Origin: Selaginella moellendorffii
Taxonomy: Eukaryota; Plantae; Lycopodiophyta
Length of the DNA stretch: 64,000 nucleotides
Assembly (NCBI RefSeq): GCF_000143415.4
Contig: NW_003314278.1
Span: 2,128,408-2,192,407, forward strand
Direction of reading: 5' to 3'
In this document: positions 23,420 to 36,200 of the stretch, piece after piece
Layout: each line of letters opens with the position of its first letter
Position numbering within the stretch: the stretch's first letter is position 1
Translations under genes and position numbers: made by a program
Notes under the pieces: model-generated
Databases searched by the model: none
What the model was told of the DNA's origin: nothing
What the model saw: only the letters and a program-made list of their open reading frames with translations

Positions 23420-26400
23420 TCTGAAAGTGCAGAAAAGAAGTTAAGACCATACAAAAAATGATTGGAGAATGGCATAAATCATAACATACCAAATAGCATG
23501 AGGCCACATACCATTATTCAAACATGCTATTGACACCCACGTGAAATTTCGCATTCACAAAATTGGCATGAGGCCTCATGCCATCTTGATATACACACAG
23601 CTGCAGGCAAGTAAAAACATACATGACAATACGCTAGCCATGAAATTGCAAGGGCCCAAGATGGCATGTGGCCTCATGCCATTTCTAAATGTGGTCGTAA
23701 GCCATTCCATGGTGAACATACCAGGAAGCACAAGTGCCGAATATCAAGAGGAAGCGGTAGCCACACCAAAGACAGTGCCGCTCGCAACACCGCAACTACT
23801 CGTAGCGCCGCTCGCAACACCACAACTGCTCGTAGCGCCGCTCGCACAAACTGCCACTCGCATAAACTGCTGCTCGCAATGGCACTCGCAATGCCGCAAC
23901 CGCTTGTAGACGCATAAACCATAGCTCACAACGCCGCTTACACAAGCAATGCTCACTGCGCTCAGCGGAACCAAGAACACGGCGCACAAAAATGATAGAC
24001 CTAGGAATGAGTTCGAGAATTCAAAAATAACACACGCTTGAACGTCACATCAAATCCTTTGACAAACCAGATCTTATGATTCCTCTGACAAATTTCAAAC
24101 TGAGTAGCTTCTAGACTTTGCTGTCGGAGGTTGAACTTTGTCACATCATGTCCTTGCCTCGATCCAGCTGTGCCATGTCAGTGATTCGAACTTTGCCATG
24201 CTGTGCCAGCGATCCTCGCCAAGATTATTTGCCGTGTAAAGGAATAATTATGCTGTGTGTGTACGTCCATTTATGGCAATATAAGGCCACACACCATTCA
24301 AAGAATAATGCTAGTCGAGCATTTTTTGGTGCATTTTTGGGTTCAAAATTGCATGAGCCCACACGCTATAAAGTTTACCTATACCAAAAATAGAAACAAC
24401 TTTATTTACTTGGGAATTTAAGTGGTTGAGGCATTTTTAAACTTACAAACACATGCCCTACTTACATTCCTTTGGTTGCTTAAAATTCAAAAATATTATA
24501 AACCTTTCTTTTTGCATTTTCAATGTTTTCAATTATGGTTTTTGATTTTCGCAGGACCAGTCTAGTAATCTATTTGCATCCTGTCATGTTTATAGCTAGC
24601 TTTCATTTGTCCTCTTCGCTAGCCTAAGATACATCTGCTCGGCATCTGCCTCTTACAGCATTTGCCCAAAAAGGGCATCTTTCTTCACGCAGCATTTGCC
24701 ACATGTTTAGGGTTTAGGTTTTAGGGTCTAGCAATTCAGTAGCTTGATAAACATGCAAATACAGAACTTTATGCAAAATCCTTTGATATGTCACAATGCC
24801 CCTAGGACTATAAACACATTTCAATAGAGAGGGTCCTTTCATTTTATAACTCCTTACGTAGATCTTGGTGAAACCAGAGTTAGTGAAGTTGGTTTCTTGT
24901 GATTCCGCATCTGATTGTGATGTCCCTTTGTAGTGTCGATAGAAAGGTCAATGCACACCAAACTGTAGAATCTTGGAGCAAAATAACAGTCGGATCTATG
25001 GCAAATGCCCCTGAAACATTGTAAGGCTTGTGTGGTCTTATGTGGTATTCGATTGAGATGCTTCTTTGCAGGGTCATCAAGAAGGACATTGTATACCATT
25101 CTGTAAAATCTAGTTGCGATCTAACGGTTGGATCTCCAGAAAACTCAAAACAATCTCGCGCATGTCAGAATATTCTAGGAATATACTCCTATGTGCCCCT
25201 GAAAATGGCATGCGGCCCCACGCCATTCAAAAGATAACGCCAGATGACACCGAGCATTTTTTGGTGCATTTTTTGGGATCAAAATTGCATGAGCCCACAC
25301 GCTTGAATGTCATATCAAATCCTCTGACAATATATTTAGCTGAACATCTGGCATTTTTGGAAATACAAGATGCTTTGGAATATCCAATCATGCATGGTAT
25401 AAATATAGCAAGGGTATTAAATGATATCCCAATCATGATCTTTCTTTTGGATTTCGCGTGCATGCAGTCTGAGGAATGATGACGTTGCGGATTTCTTTTG
25501 GATTTCACGTGCATGCGCGCGGCGATCCAGAAATTAATGGTGGCACCCAAGTCCGAGGAATGATGACGTGGCGGGATTACCAACCGTCGTGACATTTCGC
25601 GCGTGTGAGGTTAGGTTTTGCATTTTGCTTCGTACTCGCGCTCGCATCACGCTCCCACTCGCGATCACGCTCACATTCGCGCTCATCTACCTTCTCTACA
25701 GGTTTCTCGTGTGCATCGGCGTCCACTCGCGCTTGCATCACACTCGCGCTCGCATCGCGCTCGTGTGCATCGGCGTCCACTTCAAGACACACCCAGTTTG
25801 TAACTTCGCCGCCAACTCCGCCGCCCACTCCGCCACCCACACGCAGCCCACTTGGCGTCCCGGGAGATTTCAGCGCCACTCTCCAACTGTAAGTGGCAAA
25901 GTAGCCTTGCTGCTACGATCCGCTGCACACACAGTGCACATTCGCCAGCGAGTCCGGTTGTCACGCCTCCATTCAGCTTCAAATGGTAAGTCTTTTAGGC
26001 CAAATAGAAAATGGCATGAGGCCACATGCCATTCAGTAGCAACATTGGCATGCACCGATTGGGCTCTCGAGTGCAGTCGGGTTACAGATGGCGTGTAGCC
26101 TCACGCCATCTTAGGATGCAGCCTCAAGACATCTGATGCAGTGGTGAATGGTGTGTGGCCTCACGTTATTTCCAGTTGCTAGCTTTTCATCTGTCAGCTC
26201 TAATTGTTGTGCATTTCTGAATAGGCGAGGAATTGCGTTCTTCTTCCAGCCACTGTCAATGTGGATGCAAAGAAGGGGGAGGAGTTCACCAGTTGGACTT
26301 TCGGGATGGAAGGCGAGGATCTGAGGCTGTACAACACAGATGGTGGGAGAAAAGAATGCATGGGGATCCTCATCCAAGTGACAGACACTCCATGCAGTTC

Positions 26401-26964
26401 CATGCAAGAATATGGACTGGCACTTGTGGTAAAGACAGCGTCTGCCTTCAAGATCCACCTTGCACATCCTAGTGGCTTCCCAGAGGGGGGCAGTGGCTAT
26501 GAGGAATTCCTAGAGGGAGCTAGGGAGAGGTTGTCCAGGAGGCCCACAATTTCAAAGACGCTGCGGGTCTATGAAGATCACATGGAATCCACGGACCTCA
26601 CCTACGGCGATGTTCAAAAACTATATTCCAACATTGAGCCGTTGAGAGTGCCTCCAGTTCGCGAAGCGAAGGGGAAGGGGGTCGATCTGGAAACTACCCC
26701 AAAGCAGAAAAGGGTGGTCAAGCTCAAGCCGACTGTGAGACACAAAATCCCTAGGCCCCAAAGTGGAGCCGGAAGGGCGCCACATGGTAGTGGCCGAAGC
26801 GAGAGCCAAACGAGCGTAACACGTTTGGACCAGAAGCTCCGACTTGAAAAGTCAAGAGCGGGAGTGGAACTCCCAACGAAGTGCTCGAGGAACGAGCACG
26901 AAGCGAGCAAAAGGCAAGGCTCCAAAAAGGGACCCAAAAGGACCAACACATGAGACGTGGGAGT

Positions 26965-27348
26965 GTCCGAGATGGACTCGAGTTAGAGTCCGAAGTGGAG
27001 TCCGAGATGGACTCGAGTTGGAGTCCGAAGTGGAGTCCGAGATGGACCCGAGTTGGAGTCCGAAGTGGAGTCCGAGGTGGACCCGAGATGGACCCGAGTT
27101 GGAGTCCGAAGTGGAGTCCGAGATGGACCCGAGATGGAGTCCGAGATGGAGTCCGAGATGGAGTCCGAAGTCGAGACCGAGACCGGGACCGAAACCGGGA
27201 CCGAGACCGAGACCGAGACCGAGATCGGGACCGAGACCGAGATCGGGACCGAGACCGAGACCGAGGCCGAGGCCGAGACCAAGCCCGAGCCCGAGTCCGA
27301 GTTCGAGTCCGAATCCGAGTCCGAGTCCGAGTCCGAGTCCGAGTCCGG
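26965..27348 (+). repeat. Compound minisatellite in the 5' LTR (GAGATGGAGTCC-type 11-mers, GAGACC/GAGTCC hexamers)
   Basis: Direct inspection; source of spurious low-complexity ORFs. Confidence 0.85.
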
Positions 27349-30300
27349 AGCCTGAGAGGGTGAAAGCCCAAAGCGTTCGTCTCCCAGATCCTGGGGGGTT
27401 TGGTGAGCCCCAAAAGTATAGTAGGGGGAGGACTGCAGTGAAGCCAGTTTGGCCAGGAAAGGCCAGTTTGGCCCAGGAAGGCCAGACCCAGTTTTGGGTG
27501 ATGAGCTGCCCACTGGGAAGTCCAAGACTAGAGTGAACACAGACCGACAAGCGGGGTAGCTTGGTGAAGTGTTCAAGAGCCGGCTCTAGTTCCCCCGGGA
27601 GATCGACTGGCCGATGCTCCCAGTCCAAGTGTGGGTGGCACTACCTACTTGGATACCAGGTGTGGCTCAACGAAACCTCGCTCTAAGCCCATGGCTAGAG
27701 CACCTAAAGGCGAAAGGCGGGGAGAGTACCTAGGTGGCTCGCGTAAGGCCACGGTGTTCCGAAATGTTGTCCCAAAGGCCCAGACTGTGGAAAGGAAGAG
27801 GAGCAGTCCTCTGGGGTAGTGACCAAGGACACAGTCGTGTGGTGAGGAAGTCCCAGAGGACCGTGGGACTTAGTGGTCGGGCCTGTGGGTCTCGGTCCAG
27901 TGGCAGTGTTGGCAAACACGGCCAGGGGCAGAAAGGGACTTAGTGGGGACTGACAGAGCGATATTGGGGAAGGCTATTCCCCTTGTCGGTGGGCATCCTA
28001 AGGATGCTAAGGAGTGGATCTGAGATGACCACTCACGGATGGTTTGCCTAGTCTTGGGGAGCCAAGACTGTGATGCAAGGGGTATTGGACTACCAGTGTG
28101 GCAAAGGTGAATGGGCATGGCCTTAGCGTAACGGGCCGAGATGTCAGTGGTACCTTTGGGTGTCGGTCATGGGATCGGACACGTGGAGCACTTGGACCAA
28201 GTGCAAAGGTTGAGTGGCATGGATGCCATTCTCGGGGCTAGCAAGCCCCAAGTCCTAAATGGGACTTATGGAGGTTGTGAATGAGACTCCTCCAAGTGGT
28301 CGGAGGTGTGGTTAAGTGACTAAAGTAAAATGGAAAAATTAGTCGCTTACAATTTGGTATCGGAGCTGTTCCTTAGTCTGACTTTTATTGGTGCTCAAGT
28401 ATATCACCACTGGTGTTGGCAACGGAAGGTCCAAGAAGTGGGCCTATCCTTGAGGAGTAGTAGGTCGGGAAGACATGGCTCTCCATTACAGTTCATGTGT
28501 GGACTTGTAGACAAGGTGGTGGATAGAAAAGGGGGCCAATAATGGAACGACTTTGGGATCTTGGGAACAGTGCAAGGTTTTCCTCATTGAGTTGAGGAGG
28601 TGATCCAGATGAGCATTTGACTCAGCAAACGGGCTAATGTAGTTGGGGTAAACAACTATAGTTGGGATCACGGGGAAGATAGAGACTCCAAAAACAATAA
28701 AGGAGTCACGGGTTTATCCTCACATGGTTGAGGCTGGTGCTCATGAAGGTGAGACCGGAATGGATGACCGTGAGAGGTCAAGTATGGATGAGGACACGAG
28801 TCCTCGAAATGGTAGCCGAGGCTACCTCTAATAAATGCTGGAACAACCCAAGGAGTTGGGGGTGTATTAAGTGGATGAGTTGGTATTCTCATCACATGGA
28901 CAAGTAGTCCTAAGGGGTAAAGGTTGCCCCCAGGGAACAAATCAAGTGACGGAGTAACACTTGTGAAAATAGTCCCTTTGAGTAGGACAGGAATGCAAGA
29001 AGTGTATTCCAGTGAGCTAGTGCCTCACAAGTAGGACCTTACGGGTCGGTGGATTAACCAAGTCCAAAACTGCTAGACGACTCAACTAGAGTCAAGGGAT
29101 GGTCCTAAAAGGACTGATAGAAGCATTTGGATTGAGGTGCGTTGTACCCCACAAAGGATGGGGGGGGATCATAGGATCCAAGGATGAGAACAGAGAGTAT
29201 TTCATCGATGACAAAATGTGCCATGCTAAAGTTATGGGAAAGGTGTTCCCAGAAGAAAACAACTTTGACATAAAGTTGTGTGTGACCTCTATGGGGCAGT
29301 GCTAACAGATGGTTGGCATGAGAAAGAGTGGTGTTGGTCTTGGCAAAGACTTAGACACGAAGGGAAATGTCATAGAGGTAGGCTCGTGGAGCCGATGGTG
29401 TGAAGACACCAAATGTGCCAAGGTGTGATACCTTGAGGCTATGATGGTGGGTTCATGAGAACCCCTTGCTAAAGGAATCCCAATGGAAATGGGAATGGCA
29501 TAGCCTAAGCTGCAGAGCATGCAGTTGGAGTGTGGTGACCCAGATAATGATGGAGGTGTGAAAGCACCAAGCAATGAGTTGTAGGACTTGACAACTATGA
29601 GGCAACTAAGCAAGAGGTGCAAAATAACTGATTAAACGGGTAGAAGGTAGCTACCCAAGACTTCTAGTATAGGGAAGTCGGATATACCCTTACGGGGGAT
29701 AAGTTTCTTATGTTGCGATATAGTAAGTCAATGTCATAAAAGGAAATACTCATTGTCAAGAAAGCCATCATTGGGACACCCGAACACTCTAGAACACTAG
29801 AAGGTGGTGTTTGATATCGCGAGGGCAATGGATAAAGCCCAAGGGACTAAGTCCCTAGCGAATGATGGATAGAAGGTGCTATCCAAATGTCCAAGGTTGC
29901 GGAGACAGGAGAGGACTGTCTACCCAAGTTGGACAAAGCCAAAAATGGAATTTTGGCAAGGCTAGTGATGGGCATGTAAAGGCCCATAAGCAACAATGTA
30001 ACCCCAGTGTGTGGGATTATAAGCTGAGCATACCCGGATTGAGGAACCACTCCCTGGGCTATTGGGTAGGTTCATCCCTAAGAATACTTGCTAAGGCATG
30101 ATAGAAAGTGCAAAGCTATCCTCCTGGTCTGGAGGAGAATGACCGAAGGAAAGGTGTGAAGCCAAAGGCAAGTAGTGTTGGGATGGAACTGAACCATAGA
30201 AATCAAAGGGCATATCCAACAGTGGTTATGGAAGTTGGGAGTGGAGAATCAAGAGGGTGCTCGAGGATGTTGTTGCTAGCAACCGTGATGCCATGGAGAG

Positions 30301-32676
30301 TCTAAAATATGGAATTGTCCATGTTAGACTATATGGCAACTATAAACCTTGCGAAAGGGGAGGCCTTAGCAAGCTGAGGGACAGAGTTCCTTCAAAGTTC
30401 CCAAAGACGATTCTAGGTAGCGTAGTACCTAGAAAGGCCAAGTGTAAATGGTTCATGGAACGCGCGAAATCAGAGTGGCGCAGCAGAAGTGTGGTCTTGA
30501 AGCTTGCCATAAGGCAAGGTTATCAAGGTTAGGGAAGTAGTTCCCGAGTGTTCAAAGAGAGGGCTTTGAACGAAAGTTGATGGTCAAGGACTTTCACGCT
30601 TATGCAGGAACCATGTTACAATGGTCGGAGGACTTGCCAAGTGAGATTGGCACGTCGGGGGAACAAAGACCCTAGTTGAAGGTGATATCTTCAAAAAGGG
30701 TGGGCCAGGGGGCCGAGCATGGAGGAGTCCATGCATGATCATAGACATGTCAAGTGAGAGGACTTGGCAGTGTGGAGGAACTAGGTTCCTAAGCTGTGAT
30801 CTGTAGCGCGCTTTAAAAATAGGTTGGTGCACCGGCGTGGGGAGTCACGCCAGGCATCTAGTGTGATGTCGTCCGTAGATGCATATACGGAGGTTGGGTT
30901 TGAGTCCCGACCCTCTAGTGCTTGGGTTCGAGTCCCAAATCACTAGGGCGTGGTGATGGTTTGGAATATGAGGACACTCATATTTCGGTGGTCATGGACT
31001 CTCAGTGGGGAGACTGGTTTGGGCACACCGCCAAGCGAGGGATGCCTCGGAGTCGTGATGCACGGTTAGATTGCTTAGTGTGAAAGCTCAGCATATCTAA
31101 CTTGAACACTTTGGTGCAAGTGGCACCAAGGTCGTGGTGAGTGAGATGGGGACACCTAATCTTAGTTGCTATGAACCCTTGGCCGTAAGGGCTAGCTTGG
31201 GTGCACCGCCAAGTGTGGGGGATGCCCCCGGGGTTATAGTCAACAACTTGGAGGTCTAGAAAACCAAGTACCTCTTGGCAACTCTGTTAAGGTGCCAAGG
31301 TGAGATCACTAGGTGATCTTATGGCCAGAAAAGGACAAGGTCCTTGGTTGGCTAAGGAATGAAGTTCCTGGTTCAAAATGTTGAAATTGAACTGTTTAAG
31401 GTGGTGTGGCTTGGTCGTGATAACCAAGTGGAAAGAGCACCTAAGGGAAATAAACTATGTCCGTGCGATGGCATAGTGAGTCCGAGGAAAGTAGTCTCTA
31501 TAAAAGACCCATGGGAGGGTCACGAAGTTGGGCCGTGGATAGAGCCCATAGCAGAAGATGCTAAAGAGACGTACTAGGGGTGAACATCCTCCGGACTTGG
31601 CAAAGAAGAGTCTTTGCTATGGAACCAAAACAATACCTCAAGGAGGGAGGTAGAGATTCGATGATGCTTGGTGCAACAATCAACGGATAGGAGCAAAAGA
31701 TGAGTGGCCAAGATAGGGCCGTGGAATCCCTTGGAAGGAATCCAAGTGACAAAGTTAGGCGAGGAACACTAATGTGTTGGACGCTAACAAGTTGCGGGAA
31801 AGGAAGTGTGTTTCCAAGGAGGGATTCCGAATTGCTCCGATTTGGCGAAAGTGGAAGCTCCAAAGGAGGGAGCGGTAAGGTAGCCAAATGATAGGGCGAT
31901 GAACAGCCCTAGCACAAAGTATGATAACTGGAACTTTGACACGAAATAGGAGAGAGGATGATAGTGCCCTCGAGTAGAGAACTTCCTAGGATGGGAAGTG
32001 GAGTTGCACAAAAGGTGCAAGGCAAGGTGTCGGAGACACCTAGGAAATTGACTCCAAGAAGTCAAAATTCAAAGTTCCAAAGTGCAAAGGTTATATCGAT
32101 AGAAATTGAAACTACTCGAGAAGGAGTAGTGGGATTGACTTAGAGAAGGGTCTCTAAGAGGTTTAGCGAGAACTAAACCAATAAAAGGAGAGAACCACTC
32201 CATGTGGTCCAATCAGTCTCTAAGTTGGGGAGACTACCCTCCTTAGAGGATATGCAAGGCATGGTGAGCATTTGGTGTCAAACCATTGAGGCATATGCAA
32301 AAGGCATGGTGAGCCTTCAATGTCAAACCATTGACAAATATTGGCTAAGTGCCAAGGATGGAAATGGTAACACATACGAGTGTTACTTTACAAAATGGTT
32401 TACCGTTCGATGAGGACATCGAACTTCGTCTATGGGTGGTGGAGTTGTGAGACACAAAATCCCTAGGCCCCAAAGTGGAGCCGGAAGGGCACCACATGGT
32501 AGTGGCCGAAGCGAGAGCCAAACGAGCGTAACACGTTTGGACCAGAAGCTCCGACTTGAAAAGTCAAGAGCGGGAGTGGAACTCCCAACGAAGTGCTCGA
32601 GGAACGAGCACGAAGCGAGCAAAAGGCAAGGCTCCAAAAAGAGACCCAAAAGGACCAACACATGAGACGTGGGAGT

Positions 32677-33223
32677 GTCCGAGATGGACTCGAGTTAGAG
32701 TCCGAAGTGGAGTCCGAGATGGACTCGAGTTGGAGTCCGAAGTGGAGTCCGAGATGGACCCGAGTTGGAGTCCGAAGTGGAGTCCGAGGTGGACCCGAGA
32801 TGGACCCGAGTTGGAGTCCGAAGTGGAGTCCGAGATGGAGTCCGAGATGGAGTCCGAGATGGAGTCCGAGGTGGACCCGAGATGGACCCGAGTTGGAGTC
32901 CGAAGTGGAGTCCGAGATGGACCCGAGATGGAGTCCGAGATGGAGTCCGAGATGGAGTCCGAGGTGGACCCGAGATGGACCCGAGTTGGAGTCCGAGATG
33001 GACCCGAGATGGAGTCCGAGATGGAGTCCAAGATGGAGTCCGAAGTCGAGACCGAGACCGGGACCGAAACCGGGACCGAGACCGAGACCGAGACCGAGAT
33101 CGGGACCGAGACCGAGATCGGGACCGAGACCGAGACCGAGGCCGAGGCCGAGACCAAGCCCGAGCCCGAGTCCGAGTTCGAGTCCGAATCCGAGTCCGAG
33201 TCCGAGTCCGAGTCCGAGTCCGG
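32677..33223 (+). repeat. Compound minisatellite in the 3' LTR, expanded relative to the 5' LTR
   Basis: Same units; the 3' LTR is 1781 bp versus 1618 bp for the 5' LTR. Confidence 0.85.
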
Positions 33224-36200
33224 AGCCTGAGAGGGTGAAAGCCCAAAGCGTTCGTCTCCCAGACCCTGGGGGGTTTGGTGAGCCCCAAAAGTATAGTAGG
33301 GGGAGGACTGCAGTGAAGCCAGTTTGGCCAGGAAAGGCCAGTTTGGCCCAGGAAGGCCAGACCCAGTTTTGGGTGATGAGCTGCCCACTGGGAAGTCCAA
33401 GACTAGAGTGAACACAGACCGACAAGCGGGGTAGCTTGGTGAAGTGTTCAAGAGCCGGCTCTAGTTCCCCCGGGAGATCGACTGGCCGATGCTCCCAGTC
33501 CAAGTGTGGGTGGCACTACCTACTTGGATACCAGGTGTGGCTCAACGAAACCTCGCTCTAAGCCCATGGCTAGAGCACCTAAAGGCGAAAGGCGGGGAGA
33601 GTACCTAGGTGGCTCGCGTAAGGCCACGGTGTTCCGAAATGTTGTCCCAAAGGCCCAGACTGTGGAAAGGAAGAGGAGCAGTCCTCTGGGGTAGTGACCA
33701 AGGACACAGTCGTGTGGTGAGGAAGTCCCAGAGGACCGTGGGACTTAGTGGTCGGGCCTGTGGGTCTCGGTCCAGTGGCAGTGTTGGCAAACACGGCCAG
33801 GGGCAGAAAGGGACTTAGTGGGGACTGACAGAGCGATATTGGGGAAGGCTATTCCCCTTGTCGGTGGGCATCCTAAGGATGCTAAGGAGTGGATCTGAGA
33901 TGACCACTCACGGATGGTTTGCCTAGTCTTGGGGAGCCAAGACTGTGATGCAAGGGGTATTGGACTACCAGTGTGGCAAAGGTGAATGGGCATGGCCTTA
34001 GCGTAACGGGCCGAGATGTCAGTGGTACCTTTGGGTGTCGGTCATGGGATCGGACACGTGGAGCACTTGGACCAAGTGCAAAGGTTGAGTGGCATGGATG
34101 CCATTCTCGGGGCTAGCAAGCCCCAAGTCTTAAATGGGACTTATGGAGGTTGTGAATGAGACTCCTCCAAGTGGTCGGAGGTGTGGTTAAGTGACTAAAG
34201 TAAAATGGAAAAATTAGTCGCTTACACTGACGTCCGACTCTCCTACTCCAAAAAAGAAGCTACTCGGTGATGCCATTGCCTCGGGTTCGAACACTACACC
34301 CACCAAAAAGAAGAGCCGCAAAGAGCAGAAAGAGCAAGAAGAGGCAGCAAAAATTGTCGCAGATAATAGTACTTGTTACTATTCCAATAAAGTATATACA
34401 ATCGACGTGAGCCGTATCGACATCCAAAGCAAATACAACCACAGGCTAGTATCTGATGAGTGGGTGGAGAAACTGAAGCAGAAGATGCTGGCAAGTCCAG
34501 TAACACCCGACATCGCAGACGTGATCCCCTACTACCGAACAATGAAGGGCAAGACGAGGTATCCAGACTTGATTAATAGGAAGGTGTTGGACGATCAGAA
34601 CATCCGGTTCTATGCCGTCTCCGGGCAGCATTCTAGCTTGGCGATGCAAGAGATAGTTGTGGATATTATGGTGGGCGAGGAGGTGAAGAAAGTCTTCAAG
34701 ACAAGAGTTGTCCACCTGGTAAAAGGCAACTTGCCCCTCCGATCTATCATATACATCTCCCACGCGCAGAATGTCAAGCAAGAAACGTGCTACAAATCGG
34801 GTCTGCATTGGCATTGGCACGAACACGGAAGCTCTGGGTTCAACTGAAGAAGCCACAAAAACCAAGACAATGACGTGCACTAGCAACTAGCGCCTCGCAG
34901 GTAAGCCTCGTTGCATGTGGCATAGCATGTGGCCTCACGCCATTTCCATTGCAGGAATTCTCGAGTCTTCTCTCGAAAACACTGGGGGTCAATGACACAC
35001 TCAGCATCCATAACATTCTACTCGCGACAAAAGTTGTTTTTGACAAATAGGTAGATGTGCTGAGGAGGTACCATGACGGGGAGTTACTAAACTCAATGGG
35101 TGTGGAGGACGGCCGGAAGCCCAATGATTTGAAGCTCAACGCCTTGCGTTTCTCGCGGTCTCTAGACAACGACGACCTTTTGACAGTGGCTAATGCTCTT
35201 CTACGTAGTGAGGTAGTCTTCAATAAGACCAAAATGACTCCCGGCTATATTGTGACATACGAGGACTTGTGCACGACTCTGAGAGCTCGTGCGCTATTGA
35301 AAGATTGGATCTTTGAGCAAGTGGCCGTGGAGAGGGTGAGCATCGACACCACGCAAGAGATGATGGAAGCGCTGGATTTGTCAAATGAAGACATCGACGA
35401 GTACGTGAAGGGGGCCCCCAAGTTCATCGATCTGCTGCGGGATGCCACGAAAAGTAAAGCTGAGAATTTGGATCAGTATCCAAATTTCATTAAGAGTGAT
35501 GTCAACCGCCGACTTCAGAAACAGCTCGACCCCACAGCAGAGGCCTATCGAGAACCTTACCGGGTATACTTGAATTTGGATGAGGATCAAAGGTGGAGGA
35601 GTATCATTTCCCGCGGAGATGAGCAGGTCAAGAACATCTTTTGTGTGATGGACTTCACAAACGAGGAGATCACTCATGCAGACGAAGTCAGCTCCATCAT
35701 TGACTTAATGGTGGGACTTGCGGAGGTGGAATCTTCAGTCCACTATATAATCTACGACTCCGAATCCTATCACAAGTTCTCGAAGGCCTTGAACGAGGTG
35801 AACGCTCGGTTGAAAGGCAAGGAGATGCGGGAGATCTATGGGATAATGGCTAAGAAGAAGATACCGACGAATGTTCGCATCTTCACACTCGCCTTTGTTA
35901 TTGGTCCTGCAGCAGAGTGGGTCTGGAGTGACTTCCCAGCTTCGTTCGACAAGGCCGATCGAATTGATCTAAGGGAGGTCAATTTACCCGTGCCTGAGGA
36001 ACTGAAGACGGCTATGGAGCTTTCGAATCCAAAGAAAGCTCCAAGTGCAGCATGGGAAATGCTCAGCTGGGTCTTCAACGCAATAGCGGGTGGGTCATCT
36101 GCTTCCGACTCCAAGGGCAAATGCACTGTCGAGTACAACTGCGGCGGACTATTCTTTCGAGCCGCACTACTCAAGGGTGTCCCGTGTGTTGCGGTGACAA

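Larger units (their letters stand above)
26734..34226 (+). mobile_element. Nested non-autonomous Ty3/Gypsy-type LTR retrotransposon
   Basis: LTRs 26734-28351 and 32446-34226 (TG...CA); PBS TGGTATCGGAGC 28355-28366; PPT GGGTGGTGGAG before 32446; TSD CCGAC/CTGAC. The empty site CAAGCCGACGTCC is seen in copy A. The internal 4.1 kb has no long ORF. Confidence 0.92.

Noticed and set aside
26751-27628. Long RS/GL/SD/ET-repeat ORFs in several frames (also 32463-33503)
   Set aside because: Artefacts of stop-free LTR minisatellites.
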